From Squalus acanthias (Eukaryota), in NCBI GenBank assembly GCA_030390025.1, contig CM059433.1, positions 29,700,001 to 29,764,000 on the forward strand: a stretch of DNA of 64,000 nt, given 5' to 3'. The stretch's first letter is position 1, and every line of letters starts with the position of its first letter. Under the pieces are notes generated by a model. The model ran no database searches, was not told the origin of the DNA, and saw only the letters and a program-made list of their open reading frames with translations. Shown here in pieces: positions 39,691 through 48,943 of this stretch. The translations under genes were made by a program, and so were the position numbers.

Positions 39691-41286
39691 TGTAAGGGTT
39701 TCTCTGAACCTGTGAGATTCGTGTGGCTCTGTGCAGCCTGGATGCTAGTGCGGGTTTAGGCCTTGTTGCCTGTTCTGGTCTCCAGCCAGTCTGGGAGCAC
39801 TAGACACCTGTGAGTGGTTCGACCCACTCGCCCTTACGGTTCTGACACTGGACTTAGATGCGAGAGCAGTAATGGAGAGAAAACTCAGGTAGACCCGGTT
39901 GAATGGTACGAAATGGAAAATCTTTATTGCATATTATTCAAGATTACGAAATACATGTCATAAGCACAGATTAATGACAGTACAATCTTACACGCAGTTA
40001 TGTAACTAATTTCAGGGAAACGAGGAACGAACGACACATCGTAAATGGGGGCACACATTACAGTTATCCTTAAAACTTAAACCCTCCCCTATCAATACCT
40101 GCTCTAAACTAGATATGTAGGATCGAGGCTCATGCTCACCACTCGTGATAACTCGGAGAATTCCGAAAACTCTGATCGGATGTTTTTCACCGCAGCACCT
40201 GATCACCCACGTGTTAATCAGGGGTCTCTGTAACCCACTTGTTTACTCGTTTCTGCTCCGGCTAGCAGGCTGGACCATCTGCTGTCATGAAGATCTGCGT
40301 TGACCTTGGATTCCCGATCAAAACCTACAAAGTTCACTTATTTCGGGCGCGGTCGGGGTTTACTGACCGTGACGAGATGTATTGTCGTCTTCTCTTCTCA
40401 TCTCATCTCATCTCATCTCGGGCCTTCGGTTCCAACACCGTTTACCGACTTCTTGGGATGGTGCGCCCGTTTCAAGGCTTCACAGCCCAGTTCCACACAG
40501 ATCTTCGCGGCAAGCCGCGAGGCAGATCCTGGCGGATCGTAAAGGTCAACAGTCTTTAAAAGCTGCAAGAGGCAGAGACACGAGGCAGGCGGCAAGGAGT
40601 CGAAAGGATAAGAGCACAAGAGCAGCCACGAGGATAAACGCCAGCAGGATAAGAGAGAGATGCACGGTTGGAGCTTGCAGTTATAGTGCAAAACTCTTCC
40701 TTTTCCCGCCCAACCTTAATGTCTTTTCTTTTGTTAGGGTTTGGCGCTCAAATTTCTTGTATAGGGTGATCTCCATTTTAATGGGTTTCAGGGATACTCG
40801 TAACTGTCTGAGTACCTGTTAATATTTTTCCCATTGTTTAATCGGTCGGTGTTCTCCCTGGAGGGGTTTTGGGGCTCCCAAATGTTTTCTGTAACTACCC
40901 GCTAACGGCTCTCTCATCGTAGAGTCGTTGGGATTTTGCATATTAATGTCTTTGGATGGGTTCTTGATTACTTGGTACAATAGCCCTTATTCGCACCTGG
41001 GAGACCGATTTCAGTATTTATGTGTATACTGCAAACCCATGATGTCTCGTGTATTATCTTAAATGTGCTTAGTCTTGATCGATCTTGCACAAATGTTTAT
41101 TGGAACGCCATCTTGTCTGCTTGTCGAAAAGTCTAGAATGTTCTGCCACGAGGCGTGGCGGCCATTTTACAGGCTGCTTGTGTCCATTTTGAAAACCTGA
41201 CAGCATTCTGCTGAAATAAAGCTGTTTGAACGAAACTATGTTTTTTCTCCTTATTTATAAAATCGCGATATATTGCGAATTCTACA
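39691..41286 (-). repeat. 3' LTR (1596 bp)
   Basis: Direct repeat of 50754-52364; AATAAA (minus) at 39923-39928; preceded on minus by PPT AACAGGAGGGAC (41287-41298). Confidence 0.95.
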
Positions 41287-41736
41287 GTCCCTCCTGTTGA
41301 TGCGAATAACTCCGCTTATCGTATCAAAAATATTGTGGTGAGCAATATTATCTCGATTTCTCCAGATCTAGAAAATTAATCCCCATAACTTAAACTATCT
41401 AGGGTCTTTGCGTCGTCCTTATTTCCCAAGGAAATTACATTCTTATAACACCGCAGGCATTATTTGCCTTTAAACTTACACCACTTGTTTTCCTTCCAGG
41501 CGTAACCAGGCCGATGCCTCTCGTATCACCTGCATATTCACATTTTTTATTTAGGGAAAGGAAAAACAAAACAAAACCAAACAATCATATTCAACAACAA
41601 CACCATCACCAAAATAATCAAAACCAACTCTTAAACATGTCGAGTTCCAAACGTATTTACAGTTTCTGAAAAAAAAACGATCGAGTACAACACTTCCGAG
41701 GCGCACGTGGCAAACGGGAGTGATGCCATTTTCCGA

Positions 41737-44247
41737 TTACACGGTGCTTTCATCGTGCACGCGCACGTAACGTTCTCGCCACTCTCCCGTGTTTTCGTTC
41801 TTGGTGAGGCGTTTGCCTCTTTTACAATGTACGACCAATAAGTATACCACAATAAACACTTGGCATACAACTAAAATGTGGGAGGCTATTCTAATCCAGG
41901 AAGGCACTTCAATGTTGGTGAACAGATTCCACCACGGTGGAATTACTATGTCCAGAATGTCTGTCCCTATTTCGACAGTTTTCTGCTCTAGTGTGTAAAA
42001 ATGTTTTTGTGACACCGTGACGGCTTTTAAAAGCTTGGTGAGGTGTTCAGGGAGAGGGGGAATGAGGTATCCGAAATGCGCGACGAATCGCTGCAGGTCG
42101 GTGAAGTTCTCTTTTACGGTGAGATGAACCGTGGATGGTTCAGGGATTGGGACAATTCGCTGTTGTGCTACTTGAACTTCCGCCCTGGGTTTGAAACAGA
42201 AACTGCTGTCACTAACCAGACACCGGCTACGGTTTCCATGTTGGTAGTGTTGCGCTGCAGTGGTAACACAGTATGTTCCACCCCCAATGTATGCTACCTG
42301 CGGAGGCACATGATCTTGTGCCATTGCCTCCATGGTGCAATTCATGGACTTGGCGCCAGCCGTTCTGAACCCGCACTGTGGTGTTAAAAAGGCATTCAAG
42401 TGCTGGGGACACAGTATTATGTGTGCTCCCCTGCCACGACAACCAGAGAGATCTGTACCTGTCATCGTTTGCTCCCAGCGGATGACGTAGGGTGGAACCG
42501 CTGCATAGCGAATGTGGGCTCCCCCCTGAATGACACCAATGTTCTCTACCCGATACACCGGGGCGGGCTTTGTTGTGTCGCCCAAAACCGGCATACGTAA
42601 TACTATACCCATGATAGTATGGTTTGATCGTCCGCAGTCCACGGGGACTGGGTATGCTTCTGAAGCTAGCCTGAGCTGGCATGGGCTTAATGCGTTCTGA
42701 AAAGGGTGGAGCGCCCGCAGGTGTTTGTTACTTATCCAGGACGGGACCAAAACTTGTTTTAAATCCTCCAAATTACTGCGGCCCTCGCCCAGTAACCACG
42801 CCCCGTAAAGCACGCACACCTCATTCTGCGCAGCTTGATCGGATGCATTCCGATCTTCCCTAATCAGGGCATTTACCGTTCTCGCGTGTTTCTCTAGTTC
42901 AGCTATTATTTCTTTTAAATGGAGAGTCATGGCTTGGTCCTCGTGTAAACCCGACCCAACCACCTTATTTTCATCTGTGAGAATGTCTTTTAATTGCGTT
43001 TTTAAGCCATTAATCTGGGTCTGCAGCGCCACGCTGTCTAGAGCGTTGACCACAGATGTACCTGTGTTGAAAGCAGTGAACGCGTCGTTCACAACACCCC
43101 TTCTTTGCCTCCCCACCTGATCAAAGACTTCATGTGGTGCGGTGTACAAACTTGTTTTATCAATTTCCGCGAAATCGAATTCGTAAAATTGTCTGAACAT
43201 CTTGGTCAACAGGACCTGATACAACTGTTCCGTCTTTTTGGGGCACCACTCTGGTAACCGTACCTCGGTGAGATTTAAAATCACCGAGGCCACCGCGTAG
43301 TGTACCCCCTGAAATAGTATCTGGTCTGTGGGGACCAGTACCAAACCATTCCCGGGTCCCTTACTGGTTTTAGGGCACCCTTCTTCCTTAGCTAGAACCA
43401 CCGGAATCGTGGGCGGGGCTTTGCGTGGGCGCGTAATGAGTTCAGTGGCATTTACTGGGATCGGGGAGAATGGGGCCCCGCACCCCCTGGTGCTCGCATC
43501 CCACCTCATCCCCTGTCCGTTATCCTGCCATTGATTAATGAAAAATATGGAGATGCCTTTGGGGCAAACGTACTTTGACCCCCACATACATACATAGATT
43601 CCCTCATCCGGTTCCCACCATTTGTCCCAACAGACTCTCACTTGTCCGTTTGTCCCCGTAATTGTCCGATGGGTATTATTACCCAGTCGTTCCCACTCGA
43701 CCGAAGAGTTTCTCATGTTCTTGCTCAGCTTTCGCAGCCACCACCATCGGCTCAATGGGACATTCCCACTACAAGTCAAACAAATCCGTTTGCCGACGGT
43801 GACACTGATCCTGGGTGCGATGATCCTTACTTTGGGGCACAGTAAAGAAGTCTCTTGGTAGGCAAACCCCGATGTGCTGGAATACTCCGTTGAGTTCGTT
43901 CCCAGCCATCCTGGCCACCTTCCCTTGTGGAAATAGGTGGTGGTCTCCTCAGCCTCCCGTCTTCCGGTCCCATCCACCGCGATGGGGGCCGTGTCCCCGG
44001 AGCATCCAAACACCACGACATCCTTGGTACGGCCTCGATAGGCCAATCCACATCCGATTGCCGCGAGCAATACTAGAATTCGTTCCATCCTTCCTTGGTT
44101 CCTGTGATCAGATAGAATGAGGTAGCCAGCCTCGCAAGAGTCTCTGGCTTTTGTGAAGGGTGAGCGGGTCCCCTGACCTCGCCTCACGTAAACTTCAATG
44201 TTCGCTGGATAAACTTTAACTAAACCTATCTCTGAAACTCCCATCAT
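41737..44247 (-). CDS. env: Envelope glycoprotein (836-aa ORF; likely start Met54 at 44088): signal peptide, Ig-like domain, F-type fusion protein, TM anchor
   Basis: MERILVLLAAIGCGLA signal; C159..W170..DEGIYVC220; furin RQRR then fusion peptide and heptad repeat; Cys-rich region; TM aa ~785-807; uninterrupted frame. Confidence 0.9.
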   Translation of the reverse strand: MMGVSEIGLVKVYPANIEVYVRRGQGTRSPFTKARDSCEAGYLILSDHRNQGRMERILVLLAAIGCGLAYRGRTKDVVVFGCSGDTAPIAVDGTGRREAEETTTYFHKGRWPGWLGTNSTEYSSTSGFAYQETSLLCPKVRIIAPRISVTVGKRICLTCSGNVPLSRWWWLRKLSKNMRNSSVEWERLGNNTHRTITGTNGQVRVCWDKWWEPDEGIYVCMWGSKYVCPKGISIFFINQWQDNGQGMRWDASTRGCGAPFSPIPVNATELITRPRKAPPTIPVVLAKEEGCPKTSKGPGNGLVLVPTDQILFQGVHYAVASVILNLTEVRLPEWCPKKTEQLYQVLLTKMFRQFYEFDFAEIDKTSLYTAPHEVFDQVGRQRRGVVNDAFTAFNTGTSVVNALDSVALQTQINGLKTQLKDILTDENKVVGSGLHEDQAMTLHLKEIIAELEKHARTVNALIREDRNASDQAAQNEVCVLYGAWLLGEGRSNLEDLKQVLVPSWISNKHLRALHPFQNALSPCQLRLASEAYPVPVDCGRSNHTIMGIVLRMPVLGDTTKPAPVYRVENIGVIQGGAHIRYAAVPPYVIRWEQTMTGTDLSGCRGRGAHIILCPQHLNAFLTPQCGFRTAGAKSMNCTMEAMAQDHVPPQVAYIGGGTYCVTTAAQHYQHGNRSRCLVSDSSFCFKPRAEVQVAQQRIVPIPEPSTVHLTVKENFTDLQRFVAHFGYLIPPLPEHLTKLLKAVTVSQKHFYTLEQKTVEIGTDILDIVIPPWWNLFTNIEVPSWIRIASHILVVCQVFIVVYLLVVHCKRGKRLTKNENTGEWRERYVRVHDESTV

Positions 44248-44452
44248 TTTACTTCCTTAAACAAAATTAAACTGCCGACTTAAACCGATTTAAAACTATA
44301 ACCTCATAACCTTTTCTAAAACTATAAACTTATACTTAACCTTAACCTTGAACTATAAACTTAGAAACTTATCCTAAACTTATTACTGTACACTTAGAAA
44401 CTTATCCTAAACTTATTACTGTACAGCGCCGCCCGTTCCCAGGGCGGCCCCT

Positions 44453-47400
44453 TTAAATTCTGAAAAGGCTGCCGCGAGCTCTTCCCGACGGTGGGAGGGC
44501 ATTGACTCCTCCCTTTGATCTGCCGCAGCCTGTTGCTGCTGTGCTGGGACTGGGCTCTCCCTGGGCTGCCGTAACCTTGAGTCTATGCCTTGGGACAGTC
44601 TGGGGACTTGACCATACCTTCCTGGGCTGGGGTATCCGACCTGACCTACGGAGAGTTACCGGGGGCAGGAATCCCAGGACCGACGGACCGGGTTCTGAGA
44701 CTTCCACCGTGGCGACCTGTGGTCCCTCCACAGTCGCTGGCTCCGCTTCCCCTGGCTCCGCCTCCCTGAACTCGGGACCTGCAGTTTGTGGCACCGCCCT
44801 ACTCGGCCCAGCAGGCGGCCCTTCACTCGCAGTCCATACCTCCCCCGAGGGCAGGACGTTCAAGGCGGGCGGCTCGGGCTCTGAGGTTTCCACCGTCACG
44901 CCCTGTGGTCCCACAGCGGCTGGCTCCGCCTCCCCTGGCTCCTCCCCCCTGTGTTCGGGACCTGCAGCCTCGGTGTCCGCCCTGTGTGGATCTCTATCTG
45001 CAGCCCCTGTCCCCCCTATACCTGAATCGGGGGCGACCCTTTCGTCCTCCGATTCCCACTCTTCACTACCTTCACTATCCTCATCTTCGTCGAGCTCCTC
45101 GAACTCTCCCTCATCTGACTCCCAACCCCACAAAAATGTTTCACAATTTTCCAGGATGTCTCCTTCCCTGATGCAAGCTGCTTTGCCTGCCTGTGTGCCC
45201 TGTGGTCCTACCTGGGGCTGCGAGTCCCCACTCGCAGGTTTTGCCCCTGTGGTTTTCCCTTGTGCACCTGGCTTGTACAGTTTGCACTGGTTTACGTGGA
45301 ACCACTTAGTGCGCCGAGGTACCTTTACGGCGTATACCATGGGACTCGCTTTATCTACAATGTTGTAGGGTCCCATATACAGTGGTTCCAGACTCCCTAC
45401 TCCGGCGTAGTTTCTGACCATAACCTGGTCTCCTACTTCCCACTCCCGCGTTTTGCGGGGTTCCAGCAACAGGCGATTGCCCTGATGCTGCCTTCCCATG
45501 TTCCCAGCCGCCTGCTCATACACCTGCTTCAGGCGCTCCAAGAGGGTCTGGGCGAACTTGTCCCTGCTTATCTCTTGGAGCTGACCCTCAGTGAGCACCG
45601 GCGCTAGCACATGGGTGGGGGTTCGCATGAGCCTCCCAGTCATCACCTCGTGCGGGGAATACCCCGTAGTTTTCGACTGACTGGCCCGGACCCCCATGAG
45701 GACTAAAGGCAGAACCTCCGCCCATTTTTGGGGCGAGTTCCTAGTCTCTTTCCTCAATTTCTCCTTCAGGGTCCGGTTCATGCATTCAACAATCCCGGAT
45801 GACTGGGGATTGTGCGCTACGTGCCATTTCCCTTCAATGCCCAAAAGCATGAGGGTGTTCTGCATCACCTGGCCGGTAAAATGACTCCCTTGGTCTGACT
45901 CCACAAAACGGGGAAGTCCCCACCGCGAGAACACTTCCCGGACCAAGATTTTTGCAGTACCCAGTGCTGTAGCTGTTCGACAGGGGAAGGCTTCCACCCA
46001 TTTGGAAAACACATCCACCAAGACGAGGCAGTATTTATAGCCTCCCTGGGTGGTGGGCAGGGGCCCTATATAGTCGATCTGTATCGACTGCCATGGTCCC
46101 TCTACCCTCCTGACGTGCCCCATGGGCACTTTCCTTTTCTGGGGGTCTGGGTTGTTTGCAGCGCACACGAGACAGCTTGCACAGAACTCGCGGACCTGTT
46201 CCCTGAGCCCCGGCCACCATCCCGCTTGCTCTACCCGTTGCCAGGTAACCTCGGGCCCGGGGTGCCCTGCCCCTGGTCCCTCGTGAGCCAACTAGAGGAA
46301 TTCCCTCCTGTGCTGCTGCGGCACAACCCACTGCTCCTCGCGGAACAGCATGCCTTCCTTAACTGAGAGGGTTGCCGTACTGTACGGACCCTCTACCTGC
46401 TTCCCCTGAGCAAGGGTTTTGAGGACTGCTTTTAGGGCGGGATCCTGGTTCTGGACGGTCTTAAGGTCTAGGGGCAATGCTACCCTGGTGTTCCCGGGAT
46501 TCCCGTCCCTGCCTTGGATCGCTGCCATGGGTCTGGGCCCATAGGGGTCCCAGAAAATGCCGTTGCGGGCACCTTCCCTGGCTAGCGCATCCGCCTGCTG
46601 GGTGCCCTCCCCACGGGGCTCTGTGGAGGAGTGAGCTTTCACCTTATGGATGAAAATCTCCCCTTCCTCCCCTACTGCTGCTAGGATCTTTTCCAGCAAG
46701 GGCTTCACCATTAAAGGTCGCCCGTCCGCGGAGGTGTATCCACGGCGGGACCAAATGGCCAGGTATTCCGTACACGAATTGCATGTGAACATACTGTCCG
46801 AGCAAATCGTGTATGGGGTTGGGAAAATTTCTGGATGGGTAACGACGTACACCACTGCAGACAGCTCAGCCTGCTGCGCGCTCATGGTGCTAGGGAGCTT
46901 GATCGCCAGGGCAAGGTTTGCCGCAGGGTCATAAACTCCACACCCTGTGAGTCGTTCGCCAGCAGATACTGTGCTGGAACCATCAACATAAATCTCGCGC
47001 CCAGTGGGATGTATCCCGGCCCGCAAACCTATGTTGACTTCCCACACCCCTTCCACCGAACACCGGTGGGCTGTACCGGGGTATACCAAATTGGCCGCAA
47101 GCCTGGGCTCGCAAAGACCTTTAACTCTAAGATCCATCTGGGAAAGAAGAAGGGTCCAGCGTGCAATACGCACGCTGCTTACGGTCCCATCTTTGATCCT
47201 CCCATCTAGAAGCATCTTAGTTGGTGTGTGATGGGTGAGGAGAGTGATGGGAGAGAGCCCTGTGAAGATCGCTGATCTTTTCACAGCCCAATGCGTGGCT
47301 AAAAGGTGCCTTTCGCAATTGGAAAAACTTCTCTCCACATCCGTTAACACCCTGGACGAATAGACAACCGGCCTCAGCTTGCCGTGGCGCTCTTGGAGCA

Positions 47401-48943
47401 GCACAGCGCTCAAGCTGTCCCCGCTGGCAGCTACCTCCAGGAAAAACTCCTTCCCCCCATCTATGGCCCCTAAGGCTGGCGCGGTCTGCAGATCCCTTTT
47501 TAACTTCTCGAAGGCTGCTTGGCAGCCCTCGTCCCAAGACCACTCCACTCCCTTATGGAGGAGTCGGAGCAGCGGCGCCGCTGTGGCCGCATAGTCTTCG
47601 ATAAAATCCCTGCAGTAACCGGTCAGTCCCAAGAAGGACCTCACACCCCTTATAGTGTTGGGAATCGGTAACTCTTGCACCGACTCCCTCCTAGCTTTAT
47701 CTATGGCTCTTTCCCCAGCGCGAATGGTCAGCCCCAGGAATTTTACTTCCTGCTGACCGATACGTGCTTTCTTGGGGTTTACTTTAAAACCCTTTCTCGC
47801 TAGCAGCTCCAATAACTCGGCCAGTAGTGGTCCATGCTCCTCCCTTGAGTCCGTAAATAGGAGCAAATCATCCACGTACTGCACTATCTGATTGGGCTGA
47901 CTAAACTCCTTTAGACTTCCTGCCATACACTGATGGAAAATGCTGGGGATGTTGTGGAAACCCTGTGGCAGACAGTTCCATGTGTACTGTTGTCCTTTGA
48001 AAGTAAAGGCAAACTTGTACTGGTCCTCTCGCCGCAGCGGGATGGACCAAAAACCGTTCGAGATATCCAGCACCGTGAACGTGGTCGCGGACGCTGGGAT
48101 ACTCCCTATTAGGTCAGCGACTGCTGCTACCGTGGGCGCGCAGGCGGGAATGTTACTGTTAAGGACTCTGTAGTCCACCGTGGCCCTCCACGAATTATCC
48201 GGCTTCCTAACCGGCCATAATGGGGAGTTCACGTGTGTGGCTATCGGCCTCAACACGCCCTGCTGCACCAAGGAGGACATTGCTGTCTCCATGTCGGGTT
48301 CTGCTTCTTTGGGGAAGTTATACTGCTTTTGGGGCCGGGTCATGGGGTCCCCATCTACGCTGACCTCAAACCCGGTAACCCTCCCACAATCGTGCTTGTG
48401 GGTTGCAAACGCGTGCATATTATCTGACACGTACGTTTGCATGTCCGTTGGGACATCCGCGACCATAAGCCCGAGGTCGTAGCCTCCGGATGGCTGCATG
48501 GTACACAGGACCCCTGTTTCTTCCTCCCCCGGAATTACCACTACCTCGCCTTCTTCACTCTTAGCCCCCCAGAGACAGTGATTTCTGAGGTCCACGAGGA
48601 TCCCGTGTCCTGATAGGAGATCGGACCCAAGGATACCTCTCCCACCCCACTCCTGCCATTCCATCAGTATGCACTTCCACTTAATGTGGAGTGCTCCTAA
48701 ACGAATGGATAGCGGAAGGGAGAACGCGCCAGCCTGTTCTTTTCCCGTGAACCCCGCTAATGTGAATGGGACCTTGGTAGATAGCGGTGAGTCAAAAGGG
48801 CTATCTGTATGAATCACGGTGCAAGAAGCTCCCGTGTTCAACAAATAACTACCCTTCTGTTTCTCTACCTCCATTTCCACCAGGGGTCGCTTCCACGTAT
48901 CATAGCTGAGCGGACACAGGTAGACGGGCTGTGCGGGCTCTAG
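44453..48943 (-). pseudogene. pol: pol (PR-RT-tether RNase H-RNase H-IN), in frame with gag; one internal TAG at 46292-46294 and protease DTG>NTG
   Basis: LLNTGAS, LPQGF, YVDD, degenerate RH, IYVDGS/QAEL/SDS RNase H, HHCC, DYIGP-SDQG-IVE integrase, GPY motif. Confidence 0.93.

Noticed and set aside
40287..40822. ORFs within the LTR, repeated at 51350-51900
   Set aside because: Repeated only because the LTRs are copies; they cross a microsatellite and I see no intact equivalent in the sister solo LTR
44502..45368. 288-aa antisense ORF opposite the integrase tail (HBZ-like candidate)
   Set aside because: Starts at TTG, low-complexity mirror of a GC-rich coding strand, no recognisable domain
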